Source: Escherichia coli
GTDB taxonomy: Bacteria; Pseudomonadota; Gammaproteobacteria; Enterobacterales; Enterobacteriaceae
DNA: 64,000 bases
Assembly: GCF_001677475.2 (NCBI RefSeq)
Contig: NZ_CP015229.1
Direction: 5' to 3' (one strand)
The translations under genes and the position numbers were made by a program. Shown one piece after another: positions 1 through 12,093 of the stretch. Each line of letters starts with the position of its first letter. Positions within the stretch are counted from its first letter, which is position 1. The notes below the pieces were generated by a model, which searched no databases, was not told the origin of the DNA, and saw only the letters and a list, made by a program, of their open reading frames with translations.

Positions 1-1196
1 AAGTCGATGCGGTACGTGGATTCGGCGGCGAAGTGCTGCTTCATGGCGCGAACTTTGATGAAGCGAAAGCCAAAGCGATCGAACTGTCACAGCAGCAGGG
101 GTTCACCTGGGTGCCGCCGTTCGACCATCCGATGGTGATTGCCGGACAAGGCACGCTAGCGCTGGAACTGCTCCAACAGGACGCCCATCTCGACCGCGTA
201 TTTGTGCCAGTCGGCGGCGGTGGTCTGGCGGCAGGCGTAGCGGTGCTGATCAAACAGCTGATGCCGCAAATCAAAGTGATCGCCGTAGAAGCGGAAGACT
301 CCGCCTGCCTGAAAGCAGCGCTGGATGCGGGTCATCCCGTTGATCTGCCCCGTGTGGGGCTGTTTGCTGAAGGCGTCGCGGTAAAACGCATCGGCGATGA
401 AACCTTCCGTTTGTGCCAGGAGTATCTTGACGACATCATCACCGTCGATAGCGATGCCATCTGTGCGGCGATGAAAGATCTGTTCGAAGATGTGCGCGCG
501 GTGGCGGAACCTTCCGGCGCGCTGGCGCTGGCGGGGATGAAAAAATACATCGCCCAGCACAACATTCGCGGTGAACGGCTGGCGCATATTCTTTCCGGTG
601 CTAACGTGAACTTTCACGGTCTGCGCTACGTCTCGGAACGCTGCGAACTGGGCGAACAGCGTGAAGCGTTGTTGGCGGTGACCATTCCGGAAGAAAAGGG
701 CAGCTTCCTCAAATTCTGCCAGTTACTTGGTGGGCGCTCGGTCACCGAGTTCAACTACCGCTTTGCTGATGCCAAAAACGCCTGCATTTTTGTCGGCGTG
801 CGCCTGAGCCGCGGTCTCGAAGAGCGCAAAGAAATTTTGCAGATGCTCAACGACGGCGGCTACAGCGTGGTTGATCTCTCCGACGACGAAATGGCGAAGC
901 TACATGTGCGCTATATGGTTGGCGGGCGTCCATCGCATCCGTTGCAGGAACGCCTCTACAGCTTCGAATTCCCGGAATCACCGGGCGCGCTGCTGCGCTT
1001 CCTCAACACGCTGGGTACGCACTGGAACATCTCGCTGTTCCATTATCGCAGCCACGGTACCGACTACGGGCGCGTACTGGCGGCGTTCGAGCTTGGCGAT
1101 CATGAACCGGATTTTGAAACCCGGCTGAATGAACTGGGCTACGATTGCCACGACGAAACCAATAACCCGGCGTTCAGGTTCTTTTTGGCGGGTTAG
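1..1196 (+). CDS. ilvA: Threonine dehydratase (biosynthetic), C-terminal part; 5' end lies outside the window (codon frame starts at position 3)
   Basis: ORF 33..1196 translation ends ...[11 protein letters not shown] and matches IlvA C-terminus with ACT-like regulatory domains; frame is open back to the window edge. Confidence 0.9.
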   Translation, partial: VDAVRGFGGEVLLHGANFDEAKAKAIELSQQQGFTWVPPFDHPMVIAGQGTLALELLQQDAHLDRVFVPVGGGGLAAGVAVLIKQLMPQIKVIAVEAEDSACLKAALDAGHPVDLPRVGLFAEGVAVKRIGDETFRLCQEYLDDIITVDSDAICAAMKDLFEDVRAVAEPSGALALAGMKKYIAQHNIRGERLAHILSGANVNFHGLRYVSERCELGEQREALLAVTIPEEKGSFLKFCQLLGGRSVTEFNYRFADAKNACIFVGVRLSRGLEERKEILQMLNDGGYSVVDLSDDEMAKLHVRYMVGGRPSHPLQERLYSFEFPESPGALLRFLNTLGTHWNISLFHYRSHGTDYGRVLAAFELGDHEPDFETRLNELGYDCHDETNNPAFRFFLAG

Positions 1197-2083
1197 TGGT
1201 TCGGCAAAATCTTCCAGAACGCCTCAATCAGCGGCTCATGAAGCCGCTTTTTTTGTACGCACACGCCCAGCTCAAACGGCGTTTTTTCATCACTGCGCTC
1301 TAAAATCATCACGCGGTTACGCACCGGTTCCGGGCTGTTTTCCAGCACCACTTCTGGCAACAAGGCCACGCCGCAGCCGAGCGCCACCATCGAAACCATC
1401 GCTTCATGCCCGCCAACCGTGGCGTAAATCATCGGGTTGCTGATTTTGTTGCGTCGGAACCACAGTTCAATGCGGCGGCGTACCGGTCCCTGATCGGCCA
1501 TGATAAACGGCACTGTAGACCAGTCGGGCTTTTCGACAGATACCTGATTACGCACCGGGCAGGGCAGCGCGGGAGCAATCAGCACCACCGCCAGATTCTC
1601 CAGCATCGAAAACGCCACTGCGCCCGGCAAGGTTTCCGGTTTCCCGGCAATCGCCAGATCCGCTTCGCCAGTGACCACCTTTTCCATCGCATCGGCCGCA
1701 TCACCGGTAGTTAGTTTGATCTCCACTGACGGGTGTTCCGCGCGGAAGCGGTCGAGAATCGGCGGCAGATGGCTGTAAGCGGCGGTCACCGAGCAGAAGA
1801 TATGAAGCTCGCCGGAGAGCGATGGCCCTTGCTGGTCGATGGTGTGGCGCAGTTGCTGATACTGCAACAGCGTTTGTTGGGCGAAAACACGCAGTTCTTC
1901 GCCCGCTTCCGTCAGCGTCACCGTGCGGTTATCGCGCACAAACAGCGGCTGACCAAGATCTTCTTCCAGGCGCTGAATCTGTCGTGAAAGCGTAGACGGG
2001 CTAACGTGCATCGCCCGCGCGCTGCGGCCAAAATGGCGGCTTTCCGCCAGATGCAGGAAGGTTTTCAGATCGCGTAAATCCAA
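1193..2083 (-). CDS. ilvY: LysR-family transcriptional activator of ilvC
   Basis: Translation contains [44 protein letters not shown] wHTH; track ORF is N-terminally over-extended, likely TTG start near 2083; divergent from ilvC. Confidence 0.85.
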   Translation of the reverse strand: MDLRDLKTFLHLAESRHFGRSARAMHVSPSTLSRQIQRLEEDLGQPLFVRDNRTVTLTEAGEELRVFAQQTLLQYQQLRHTIDQQGPSLSGELHIFCSVTAAYSHLPPILDRFRAEHPSVEIKLTTGDAADAMEKVVTGEADLAIAGKPETLPGAVAFSMLENLAVVLIAPALPCPVRNQVSVEKPDWSTVPFIMADQGPVRRRIELWFRRNKISNPMIYATVGGHEAMVSMVALGCGVALLPEVVLENSPEPVRNRVMILERSDEKTPFELGVCVQKKRLHEPLIEAFWKILPNH

Positions 2084-2232
2084 TGGCGCAGCCCTCAATG
2101 TTGACGTTGCAGAAATTGCAATGTGACGTTGTGAATATATCAATTTCCGCAATAAATTTCCTGTCATATAGTGAATTCAATCTCGCAAACGCGAACCGAA
2201 CAATAAGAAGCACAACATCACGAGGAATCACC
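2084..2232. promoter_or_regulatory. Divergent ilvY/ilvC promoter-operator region
   Basis: 149-nt intergenic spacer between divergently oriented LysR regulator and its target gene; AT-rich with palindromic segments. Confidence 0.5.
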
Positions 2233-3708
2233 ATGGCTAACTACTTCAATACACTGAATCTGCGCCAGCAGCTGGCACAGCTGGGCAAATGTCGCTTTAT
2301 GGGCCGCGATGAATTCGCCGATGGCGCGAGCTACCTTCAGGGTAAAAAAGTAGTCATCGTCGGCTGTGGCGCACAGGGTCTGAACCAGGGCCTGAACATG
2401 CGTGATTCTGGTCTCGATATCTCCTACGCTCTGCGTAAAGAAGCGATTGCCGAGAAGCGCGCGTCCTGGCGTAAAGCGACCGAAAATGGTTTTAAAGTGG
2501 GTACTTACGAAGAACTGATCCCGCAGGCGGATCTGGTGGTTAACCTGACGCCGGATAAGCAGCATTCCGACGTTGTGCGTTCCGTACAGCCGTTGATGAA
2601 AGATGGCGCGGCGCTGGGTTACTCGCACGGTTTCAACATCGTGGAAGTAGGCGAGCAGATCCGCAAAGACATCACCGTAGTAATGGTTGCGCCGAAATGC
2701 CCGGGCACCGAAGTGCGTGAAGAGTACAAACGTGGATTTGGCGTACCGACGCTTATCGCCGTTCACCCGGAAAACGATCCAAAAGGCGAAGGCATGGCGA
2801 TCGCGAAAGCCTGGGCGGCAGCGACCGGCGGTCACCGTGCAGGCGTGCTGGAATCGTCCTTCGTTGCGGAAGTGAAATCTGACCTGATGGGCGAGCAAAC
2901 CATCCTGTGCGGTATGTTGCAGGCTGGCTCTCTGCTGTGCTTCGACAAACTGGTGGAAGAAGGCACCGATCCGGCATACGCAGAAAAACTGATTCAGTTC
3001 GGCTGGGAAACCATCACCGAAGCACTGAAACAGGGCGGCATCACCCTGATGATGGACCGTCTCTCTAACCCGGCGAAACTGCGTGCTTATGCGCTGTCAG
3101 AACAGCTGAAAGAGATCATGGCACCGCTGTTCCAGAAACATATGGACGACATCATCTCCGGCGAATTCTCCTCCGGCATGATGGCGGACTGGGCCAACGA
3201 TGATAAGAAACTGCTGACCTGGCGTGAAGAAACCGGCAAAACCGCGTTTGAAACCGCGCCGCAGTATGAAGGCAAAATCGGCGAGCAGGAGTACTTCGAT
3301 AAAGGCGTACTGATGATCGCGATGGTGAAAGCGGGCGTTGAGCTGGCGTTCGAAACCATGGTCGATTCCGGCATCATTGAAGAGTCTGCATATTATGAAT
3401 CACTGCACGAGCTGCCACTGATTGCCAACACCATCGCCCGTAAGCGTCTGTACGAAATGAACGTGGTTATCTCTGATACCGCCGAGTACGGTAACTATCT
3501 GTTCTCTTACGCTTGTGTGCCGTTGCTGAAACCGTTTATGGCAGAGCTGCAACCGGGCGATCTGGGTAAAGCTATTCCGGAAGGTGCGGTAGATAACGCG
3601 CAACTGCGTGATGTGAACGAAGCGATTCGCTGCCATGCGATTGAGCAGGTAGGTAAGAAACTGCGCGGCTATATGACGGATATGAAACGTATTGCTGTTG
3701 CGGGTTAA
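2233..3708 (+). CDS. ilvC: Ketol-acid reductoisomerase
   Basis: Translation from ATG 2233 [28 protein letters not shown]..., 491 aa; upstream part of the track ORF is spurious. Confidence 0.95.
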   Translation: MANYFNTLNLRQQLAQLGKCRFMGRDEFADGASYLQGKKVVIVGCGAQGLNQGLNMRDSGLDISYALRKEAIAEKRASWRKATENGFKVGTYEELIPQADLVVNLTPDKQHSDVVRSVQPLMKDGAALGYSHGFNIVEVGEQIRKDITVVMVAPKCPGTEVREEYKRGFGVPTLIAVHPENDPKGEGMAIAKAWAAATGGHRAGVLESSFVAEVKSDLMGEQTILCGMLQAGSLLCFDKLVEEGTDPAYAEKLIQFGWETITEALKQGGITLMMDRLSNPAKLRAYALSEQLKEIMAPLFQKHMDDIISGEFSSGMMADWANDDKKLLTWREETGKTAFETAPQYEGKIGEQEYFDKGVLMIAMVKAGVELAFETMVDSGIIEESAYYESLHELPLIANTIARKRLYEMNVVISDTAEYGNYLFSYACVPLLKPFMAELQPGDLGKAIPEGAVDNAQLRDVNEAIRCHAIEQVGKKLRGYMTDMKRIAVAG

Positions 3709-3724
3709 TAGCGATTCAGAGTTC

Positions 3725-3749
3725 AAGGCCTTCTCCCGGAGAAGGCCTT
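3725..3749. terminator. Bidirectional hairpin terminator between convergent ilvC and ppiC
   Basis: Perfect inverted repeat aaggccttctc / gagaaggcctt with 3-nt loop. Confidence 0.6.
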
Positions 3750-3753
3750 GCTA

Positions 3754-4059
<306 letters not shown>

Positions 4060-4188
4060 TCAGTCAGGGAGGGGGGGGACATATATGGCAAAAGCCCGGA
4101 AAATCCGGGCTTCGCAGGTCCCTCAAGGGGAGAAAACTTAGGGCCTCTATGGGCTACAGAGTCATTATCGGGGATGGTGATTTTATTG

Positions 4189-4638
4189 TCAATTTATGAG
4201 CGATATGGCATTGATTGACTTGATGACTGCCCTCTGTATGTCTGCAACCAACTCATGTGGCAAACATTGATTAAGATACCCCCGATAAGTCCTTGCTCTG
4301 TTTAATCGGTTTCGACTGACTTGTTGTACCAGGTCGGCTTTAGCCCAACGTATCTGCTGATCAAAGAATTGCAGGTCATTGATAACATTACTGGCTATTT
4401 CAACATGCATTCCACGATTTAACTTGTCATGGTCGCGAGTGGTTGATAATGGAACGACGATACATGCGTTGCCATTAATTTTTCCGTTGAGCACGACAAC
4501 CAACCTATTTTTTATCATCTCAGGTGGAATGCGGCCATCGTAATACGTCGTGCTGAACTGTCCATTCTGGCTAACAGGATAGTTACCAAAGTTGCATTCC
4601 AGTATTTCACCAACCTTGGGGCTGAAATTAATCGCCAC
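4189..4638 (-). CDS. yifN: PemK/MazF-fold putative toxin-like protein (YifN-like), no partner antitoxin seen
   Basis: Translation ...VGEILECNFGNYPVSQ...RLVVVLNGK...ACIVVPLSTT resembles PemK/MazF fold; strong SD taaggagag 8 nt before a GTG at 4638; region is AT-rich. Confidence 0.65.
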   Translation of the reverse strand: MAINFSPKVGEILECNFGNYPVSQNGQFSTTYYDGRIPPEMIKNRLVVVLNGKINGNACIVVPLSTTRDHDKLNRGMHVEIASNVINDLQFFDQQIRWAKADLVQQVSRNRLNRARTYRGYLNQCLPHELVADIQRAVIKSINAISLIN

Positions 4639-4855
4639 GAGTAAACCTCTCCTTAGTAAACTCTGAAAAAGTAATAACACAACGTTACGACCCGATATTT
4701 TCTAAGTCTAATGGATTCATGATGAACTCCGGTTTCGGCCTTCCCTCTCTGATTTAAACATCCGCAGCCATCCGGTTAGCGGTTTTCACTCGGTCACATT
4801 CAAATGCGATTCTGCTACAATCCTCCCCCCCGTTCGAAGATTGAGCAATATACCT

Positions 4856-6877
4856 ATGCGTCTAAACCCCGGCCAACAACAAGCTGTCGAATTCGTTACC
4901 GGCCCCTGCCTGGTGCTGGCAGGCGCGGGTTCCGGTAAAACTCGTGTCATCACCAATAAAATCGCCCATCTGATCCGCGGTTGCGGTTATCAGGCGCGAC
5001 ATATCGCGGCGGTGACCTTTACCAATAAGGCGGCGCGCGAGATGAAAGAGCGTGTCGGGCAGACGCTGGGGCGCAAAGAGGCGCGCGGGCTGATGATCTC
5101 CACCTTCCACACGCTGGGGCTGGATATCATCAAGCGTGAGTACGCGGCGTTGGGGATGAAAGCGAACTTTTCGCTGTTTGATGACACCGATCAGCTGGCG
5201 TTGCTTAAAGAGCTGACCGAGGGGCTGATTGAAGATGACAAAGTCCTCCTGCAACAGCTGATTTCGACCATTTCTAACTGGAAGAACGATCTCAAAACAC
5301 CGTCCCAGGCGGCAGCAAGTGCGATTGGCGAGCGGGACCGTATTTTTGCCCATTGTTATGGGCTGTATGATGCACACCTGAAAGCCTGTAACGTTCTCGA
5401 CTTCGATGATCTGATTTTATTGCCGACGTTGCTGCTGCAACGCAATGAAGAAGTCCGCGAGCGCTGGCAGAACAAAATTCGCTACCTGCTGGTGGACGAA
5501 TATCAGGACACCAACACCAGCCAGTATGAACTGGTGAAACTGCTGGTGGGCAGCCGCGCGCGCTTTACCGTGGTGGGGGACGATGACCAGTCGATCTACT
5601 CCTGGCGCGGCGCACGTCCGCAAAACCTGGTGCTGCTGAGTCAGGATTTTCCGGCGCTGAAGGTGATTAAGCTTGAGCAGAACTACCGCTCTTCCGGACG
5701 TATTTTGAAAGCGGCGAACATCCTGATCGCCAATAATCCGCACGTCTTTGAAAAGCGTCTGTTCTCCGAACTGGGTTACGGCACAGAGCTAAAAGTTTTA
5801 AGCGCGAATAACGAAGAACATGAAGCCGAGCGCGTTACTGGCGAGCTGATCGCCCATCACTTCGTCAATAAAACGCAGTACAAAGATTACGCCATTCTTT
5901 ATCGCGGTAACCATCAGTCGCGGGTGTTTGAAAAATTCCTGATGCAAAACCGCATCCCGTACAAAATTTCTGGTGGTACGTCGTTTTTCTCTCGTCCTGA
6001 AATCAAGGACTTGCTGGCTTATCTGCGCGTGCTGACTAACCCGGACGATGACAGCGCATTTCTGCGTATCGTTAACACGCCGAAGCGAGAGATTGGCCCG
6101 GCGACGCTGAAAAAGCTGGGTGAGTGGGCGATGACGCGCAATAAAAGCATGTTTACCGCCAGCTTTGATATGGGCCTGAGTCAGACGCTTAGCGGACGTG
6201 GTTATGAAGCATTGACCCGCTTCACTCACTGGTTGGCAGAAATCCAGCGCCTGGCGGAGCGGGAGCCGATTGCTGCGGTGCGTGATCTAATCCATGGCAT
6301 GGATTATGAATCCTGGCTGTACGAAACATCGCCCAGCCCGAAAGCCGCCGAAATGCGCATGAAGAACGTCAACCAACTGTTTAGCTGGATGACGGAGATG
6401 CTGGAAGGCAGCGAACTGGATGAGCCGATGACGCTCACCCAGGTGGTGACGCGCTTTACTTTGCGCGACATGATGGAGCGTGGTGAGAGTGAAGAAGAGC
6501 TGGATCAGGTGCAACTGATGACTCTGCACGCGTCGAAAGGGCTGGAGTTTCCTTATGTCTACATGGTCGGTATGGAAGAAGGGTTTTTGCCGCACCAGAG
6601 CAGTATCGATGAAGATAATATCGATGAGGAGCGGCGGTTGGCCTATGTCGGCATTACCCGCGCCCAGAAGGAATTGACCTTTACGCTGTGTAAAGAACGC
6701 CGTCAGTACGGCGAACTGGTGCGCCCGGAGCCGAGCCGCTTTTTGCTGGAGCTGCCGCAGGATGATCTGATTTGGGAACAGGAGCGCAAAGTGGTCAGCG
6801 CCGAAGAACGGATGCAGAAAGGGCAAAGCCATCTGGCGAATCTGAAAGCGATGATGGCGGCAAAACGAGGGAAATAA
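4856..6877 (+). CDS. rep: ATP-dependent DNA helicase Rep
   Basis: Translation from ATG 4856 [31 protein letters not shown]..., 673 aa, UvrD/Rep SF1 helicase motifs. Confidence 0.95.
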   Translation: MRLNPGQQQAVEFVTGPCLVLAGAGSGKTRVITNKIAHLIRGCGYQARHIAAVTFTNKAAREMKERVGQTLGRKEARGLMISTFHTLGLDIIKREYAALGMKANFSLFDDTDQLALLKELTEGLIEDDKVLLQQLISTISNWKNDLKTPSQAAASAIGERDRIFAHCYGLYDAHLKACNVLDFDDLILLPTLLLQRNEEVRERWQNKIRYLLVDEYQDTNTSQYELVKLLVGSRARFTVVGDDDQSIYSWRGARPQNLVLLSQDFPALKVIKLEQNYRSSGRILKAANILIANNPHVFEKRLFSELGYGTELKVLSANNEEHEAERVTGELIAHHFVNKTQYKDYAILYRGNHQSRVFEKFLMQNRIPYKISGGTSFFSRPEIKDLLAYLRVLTNPDDDSAFLRIVNTPKREIGPATLKKLGEWAMTRNKSMFTASFDMGLSQTLSGRGYEALTRFTHWLAEIQRLAEREPIAAVRDLIHGMDYESWLYETSPSPKAAEMRMKNVNQLFSWMTEMLEGSELDEPMTLTQVVTRFTLRDMMERGESEEELDQVQLMTLHASKGLEFPYVYMVGMEEGFLPHQSSIDEDNIDEERRLAYVGITRAQKELTFTLCKERRQYGELVRPEPSRFLLELPQDDLIWEQERKVVSAEERMQKGQSHLANLKAMMAAKRGK

Positions 6878-6923
6878 TCAAGGCCGGAAAAGATGCGTCA
6901 GCATCGCATCCGGCACTTACTCA

Positions 6924-8408
6924 TTAATGCACTTCCAGCGGCCAGTGGACATAGCTCTGCCACTGGCTTTCCTGAGCAATAATCTCTTTACCTAGCGGAT
7001 GTTGGGTTAGCCAACCTTGCGGAAGCGTCAAGGTCAACAGTTCATGGTTAGCCTGTAATGTCATCTCTGGCACGAGATCGTCACGGCGACGGCTGGCAAA
7101 AATGATGGCCAGGCGTAGTAAACGGCAGAGTTGTTCTGCGACGCGCGGCGGTACGGCATTTTGCTGATGCAGCGATGAGAGATCGACCGGATTAGTCTGG
7201 TTGAGCAGTAGCGTCGCCAGCAATTTTTTCTGTGCGGGGGTAAAACCGGGAAGATCCAGATTACGTACCAGATAAGCAGCGTGTTGCGGCGCTTGTTTGA
7301 AGTCAACGCTCAGGCCGATTTCATGAAGCTGGCAGGCGCTGATGAGCAAATCGCGGCTTATTGCTTCAAGATGCCATTCTTTTTTCACCTGATCGAAGAA
7401 GTTAGCCGCAACTTTGGCTACGCGCTGTGCCTGATCAATATCGATCATAAAGCGGCGCTGAATATTACGCAGCGTACGGCTGCGAATATCCTGCTCGACA
7501 GTCAGATGCAACATGCCGTAGACCAGGCCTTCACGCAGCGCACCGCCCGCCAGGGTCATACACTGAATATTCAGTTCGGTAAAAATGGCTATCAGGATTG
7601 CCAGACCACTCGGGAACACTAACGCACGTTCCAGCGTCAGCCCGTCAATCTCCAGTTCCTCCAGCCGACCGCAATGAATGGCTCGCTGTTTCAGTTGCTG
7701 CAACTTTTCCAGGGTAATGCGTTCATCCATCCCCTGTGCCATCATGATTTCCTGTAACGCCTGCACGGTGCCGGAAGCGCCAACGCACACTTTCCAGCCG
7801 TGATACCGTAATTCATCGGCAACCGGACGTAACACTTCGCGTGCCGCTTTTTCTGCAGCATCAAAATTTTCCTGCCCCAGATTACGATCGGCAAAATAGC
7901 GTTCCAGCCAGGTCACGCAGCCCATCGACAGGCTGAACAACGAGGTGGTTTGTGCACCCGTGCCGGTTACCAGTTCAGTACTGGCACCGCCTATATCCAC
8001 CACCAGGCGCTGATCGGCACCGCCTGTTGTGTGGGCCACCCCCTGATAAATCAGGCGGGCTTCTTCTTCACCGCTGATGACTTTTACCGGGCAGCCAAGG
8101 ATTTCCTGTGCTTTGGCGATAAAATCACCCGCATTGACGGCTAGTCGTAATGTCGCCGTAGCGACAACGCGAATTTGCGAGGGAGGGATATCTTGCAGAC
8201 GTTCAGCAAACAGGCGCAAACATTGCCAACCGCGCTCCATTGCTTCATTAGACAGGGCATTTTCGCTGTTCAGGCCAGCAGCCAGACGCACTTTGCGTTT
8301 AATTCGCGTCAGCGTCTGGATGCTTCCAGCCACCTCGCGCACAACCAGCATATGAAAACTATTCGAACCGAGATCAATGGCTGCATACAGCGACGAGGTG
8401 GAACCCAT
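6924..8408 (-). CDS. gppA: Guanosine pentaphosphate phosphohydrolase / exopolyphosphatase family
   Basis: Translation [23 protein letters not shown]..., 494 aa from second Met of track ORF. Confidence 0.93.
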   Translation of the reverse strand: MGSTSSLYAAIDLGSNSFHMLVVREVAGSIQTLTRIKRKVRLAAGLNSENALSNEAMERGWQCLRLFAERLQDIPPSQIRVVATATLRLAVNAGDFIAKAQEILGCPVKVISGEEEARLIYQGVAHTTGGADQRLVVDIGGASTELVTGTGAQTTSLFSLSMGCVTWLERYFADRNLGQENFDAAEKAAREVLRPVADELRYHGWKVCVGASGTVQALQEIMMAQGMDERITLEKLQQLKQRAIHCGRLEELEIDGLTLERALVFPSGLAILIAIFTELNIQCMTLAGGALREGLVYGMLHLTVEQDIRSRTLRNIQRRFMIDIDQAQRVAKVAANFFDQVKKEWHLEAISRDLLISACQLHEIGLSVDFKQAPQHAAYLVRNLDLPGFTPAQKKLLATLLLNQTNPVDLSSLHQQNAVPPRVAEQLCRLLRLAIIFASRRRDDLVPEMTLQANHELLTLTLPQGWLTQHPLGKEIIAQESQWQSYVHWPLEVH

Positions 8409-8542
8409 ACTCTTCATCCTTCAATCTGTCTCTGCGTTGGCTGCGTTCTTTCACCCAAATCACTTACTACAGCATGCGCATCGGGATTCATTCTCTTGCC
8501 ATCTTGATACAGTTTGAATGATTTTGAGTATGACATTTTTAT

Positions 8543-9808
8543 TTAACCTGAACGACGACGATTACGCGGAGCGCCAGTACGACGCGGACCATTGCCTGTA
8601 CGCGGGCGCGTGAGGCGCAGCGGTTTAGGCAGATCGGTCATCAATGCGTCCGGATTGTATTTGCTTACCGGAATTGAGTGACCAATATAGGTCTCAATAG
8701 CAGGCAAATTCAATGCATACTCTTCACATGCCAGGCTGATGGAATGACCACTTGCGCCTGCACGACCTGTACGACCAATACGGTGAACGTAATCTTCACA
8801 GTCATCGGGTAAATCGTAGTTAAAGACGTGCGTCACAGCCGGGATATGCAGGCCACGCGCGGCAACGTCGGTGGCAACCAGAATATCCAGATCCCCACGG
8901 GTAAATTCATCAAGAATACGCAGACGTTTTTTCTGCGCGACATCGCCTGTCAACAAACCGACACGATGACCATCTGCCGCCAGGTGGCCCCAGATCTCTT
9001 CACAACGGTGTTTAGTGTTGGCGAAAATAATCGCTCTGTCTGGCCACTCTTCTTCGATCAGCGTTTGCAGCAAACGCATTTTTTCTTCGTTAGAAGGGTA
9101 GAAAAGCTCTTCTTTAATACGGTGGCCCGTTTTCTGTTCCGGTTCCACTTCAATATATTCGGCATTGTTCATCTGCTCGAACGCCAGTTCACGTACCCGG
9201 TACGAAAGCGTGGCGGAGAACAGCATGTTGAGGCGCTGGTTTGCAGGCGGCATACGGCGGAACAGCCAGCGGATATCTTTAATAAAGCCCAGATCGTACA
9301 TACGATCGGCTTCGTCCAGTACCACTACCTGAATGGCACCGAGGTTAATGTGGTTCTGCTTGGCGTAGTCAATTAAACGCCCCGTGGTGCCAATCAGAAT
9401 GTCAACGCCGCTTTCCAGCACTTTCAGCTGTTTGTCGTAGCCATCACCACCGTAAGCCAGACCCAGCTTCAGGCCGGTAGCATCCGCCAGCGGTTCCGCG
9501 TCGGCGTGGATCTGCACGGCAAGTTCACGCGTCGGTGCCATAATTAAGGCACGCGGTTGATTCACCTTGCGATCGGCAATCGCGGGATGAGAGAGAAGAT
9601 AATGAAACGTTGACGTAAGAAACGCCATCGTTTTCCCGGTACCGGTTTGCGCCTGCCCGGCTACGTCACGACCCGCCAGCGTCAGCGGAAGGGCCAGTGC
9701 CTGAATGGGCGTACAGTTATGAAACCCTTTTTTTTCAAGGGCTTCTACAACCTTCGGATGCAGGGCGAAGTCGGAAAACTTCTGTTCTGTTAAATGTGTT
9801 TTGCTCAT
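8543..9808 (-). CDS. rhlB: ATP-dependent RNA helicase RhlB (DEAD-box)
   Basis: 421-aa translation with DEAD-box motifs ([25 protein letters not shown]) and Arg-rich C-terminus. Confidence 0.95.
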   Translation of the reverse strand: MSKTHLTEQKFSDFALHPKVVEALEKKGFHNCTPIQALALPLTLAGRDVAGQAQTGTGKTMAFLTSTFHYLLSHPAIADRKVNQPRALIMAPTRELAVQIHADAEPLADATGLKLGLAYGGDGYDKQLKVLESGVDILIGTTGRLIDYAKQNHINLGAIQVVVLDEADRMYDLGFIKDIRWLFRRMPPANQRLNMLFSATLSYRVRELAFEQMNNAEYIEVEPEQKTGHRIKEELFYPSNEEKMRLLQTLIEEEWPDRAIIFANTKHRCEEIWGHLAADGHRVGLLTGDVAQKKRLRILDEFTRGDLDILVATDVAARGLHIPAVTHVFNYDLPDDCEDYVHRIGRTGRAGASGHSISLACEEYALNLPAIETYIGHSIPVSKYNPDALMTDLPKPLRLTRPRTGNGPRRTGAPRNRRRSG

Positions 9809-9938
9809 AGTGTGGTAGAATATCAGCTTACTATTGCTTTACGAAAGCGTATCCGGTGAAATAAAGTCAACCTTTAGTTGGTTAATGTTACACCAACAAC
9901 GAAACCAACACGCCAGGCTTATTCCTGTGGAGTTATAT

Positions 9939-10268
9939 ATGAGCGATAAAATTATTCACCTGACTGACGACAGTTTTGACACGGATGTACTCAAAGCGGA
10001 CGGGGCGATCCTCGTCGATTTCTGGGCAGAGTGGTGCGGTCCGTGCAAAATGATCGCCCCGATTCTGGATGAAATCGCTGACGAATATCAGGGCAAACTG
10101 ACCGTTGCAAAACTGAACATCGATCAAAACCCTGGCACTGCGCCGAAATATGGCATCCGTGGTATCCCGACTCTGCTGCTGTTCAAAAACGGTGAAGTGG
10201 CGGCAACCAAAGTGGGTGCACTGTCTAAAGGTCAGTTGAAAGAGTTCCTCGACGCTAACCTGGCGTAA
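9939..10268 (+). CDS. trxA: Thioredoxin 1
   Basis: Translation from ATG 9939 [41 protein letters not shown]..., 109 aa, WCGPC active site. Confidence 0.97.
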
Positions 10269-10337
10269 GGGAATTTCATGTTCGGGTGCCCCGTCGCTAA
10301 AAACTGGACGCCCGGCGTGAGTCATGCTAACTTAGTG

Positions 10338-10366
10338 TTGACTTCGTATTAAACATACCTTATTAA
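10338..10366 (+). promoter_or_regulatory. Candidate sigma70 promoter for rhoL-rho (-35 ttgact, 17-nt spacer, -10 tattaa)
   Basis: Hexamers read directly from sequence upstream of the rho leader. Confidence 0.45.
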
Positions 10367-10408
10367 GTTTGAATCTTGTAATGTCCAACGCTTCCCGTTT
10401 TATCTTAA

Positions 10409-10510
10409 ATGCGAAGTGAACAGATTTCTGGCTCGTCACTCAATCCGTCTTGTCGTTTCAGTTCTGCGTACTCTCCTGTGACCAGGCAGCGAAAAGACAT
10501 GAGTCGATGA
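10409..10510 (+). CDS. rhoL: rho operon leader peptide (33 aa) within the rho attenuator region
   Basis: Hand translation atg cga agt gaa... gives MRSEQISGSSLNPSCRFSSAYSPVTRQRKDMSR; below the 60-aa cutoff of the ORF track. Confidence 0.8.
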   Translation: MRSEQISGSSLNPSCRFSSAYSPVTRQRKDMSR

Positions 10511-10594
10511 CCGTAAACAGGCATGGATGATCCTGCCATACCATTCACAACATTAAGTTCGAGATTTACCCCAAGTTTAAGAACTCACACCACT

Positions 10595-11854
10595 ATGAAT
10601 CTTACCGAATTAAAGAATACGCCGGTTTCTGAGCTGATCACTCTCGGCGAAAATATGGGGCTGGAAAACCTGGCTCGTATGCGTAAGCAGGACATTATTT
10701 TTGCCATCCTGAAGCAGCACGCAAAGAGTGGCGAAGATATCTTTGGTGATGGCGTACTGGAGATATTGCAGGATGGATTTGGTTTCCTCCGTTCCGCAGA
10801 CAGCTCCTACCTCGCCGGTCCTGATGACATCTACGTTTCCCCTAGCCAAATCCGCCGTTTCAACCTCCGCACTGGTGATACCATTTCTGGTAAGATTCGC
10901 CCGCCGAAAGAAGGTGAACGCTATTTTGCGCTGCTGAAAGTTAACGAAGTTAACTTCGACAAACCTGAAAACGCCCGCAACAAAATCCTCTTTGAGAACT
11001 TAACCCCGCTGCACGCAAACTCTCGTCTGCGTATGGAACGTGGTAACGGTTCTACTGAAGATTTAACTGCTCGCGTACTGGATCTGGCATCACCTATCGG
11101 TCGTGGTCAGCGTGGTCTGATTGTGGCACCGCCGAAAGCCGGTAAAACCATGCTGCTGCAGAACATTGCTCAGAGCATTGCTTACAACCACCCGGATTGT
11201 GTGCTGATGGTTCTGCTGATCGACGAACGTCCGGAAGAAGTAACCGAGATGCAGCGTCTGGTAAAAGGTGAAGTTGTTGCTTCTACCTTTGACGAACCCG
11301 CATCTCGCCACGTTCAGGTTGCGGAAATGGTGATCGAGAAGGCGAAACGCCTGGTTGAGCACAAGAAAGACGTTATCATTCTGCTCGACTCCATCACTCG
11401 TCTGGCGCGCGCTTACAACACCGTTGTTCCGGCGTCAGGTAAAGTGCTGACCGGTGGTGTGGATGCCAACGCCCTGCATCGTCCGAAACGCTTCTTCGGT
11501 GCGGCGCGTAACGTAGAAGAGGGCGGCAGCCTGACCATTATCGCGACGGCGCTTATCGATACCGGTTCTAAAATGGACGAAGTTATCTACGAAGAGTTTA
11601 AAGGTACAGGCAACATGGAACTGCACCTCTCTCGTAAGATCGCTGAAAAACGCGTCTTCCCGGCTATCGACTACAACCGTTCTGGTACCCGTAAAGAAGA
11701 GCTGCTCACGACTCAGGAAGAACTGCAGAAAATGTGGATCCTGCGCAAAATCATTCACCCGATGGGCGAAATCGATGCAATGGAATTCCTCATTAATAAA
11801 CTGGCAATGACCAAGACCAATGACGATTTCTTCGAAATGATGAAACGCTCATAA
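10595..11854 (+). CDS. rho: Transcription termination factor Rho
   Basis: Translation from ATG 10595 [40 protein letters not shown]..., 419 aa. Confidence 0.97.
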
Positions 11855-11872
11855 ATTTGTCTTATGCCAAAA

Positions 11873-11903
11873 ACGCCACGTGTTTACGTGGCGTTTTGCT
11901 TTT
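11873..11903 (+). terminator. Intrinsic terminator downstream of rho
   Basis: Stem acgccacgt / acgtggcgt with gttt loop followed by tttgctttt. Confidence 0.6.
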
Positions 11904-12093
11904 ATATCTGTAATCTTAATGCCGCGCTGGCAATGTTAGGAAAATTCCTGGATTTTGCTGGTGTGTTATGCAATTTGCATATCAAATGGTTAATTTTTGC
12001 ACAGGACTGGTGGGTTCGGAACGGACTTTCCCTTCTGAATAAAGGTCTTCGTGGTTATACTTCTGCTAATAATTTTCTCTGAGAGCATGCATT

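Noticed and set aside
2218-2898. 226-aa minus-strand ORF
   Set aside because: Antisense shadow ORF within ilvC
11864-12082. 72-aa ORF in the rho-wecA intergenic region
   Set aside because: Starts inside the rho terminator hairpin, no convincing RBS, hydrophobic low-complexity translation; more likely the ECA operon promoter/leader region
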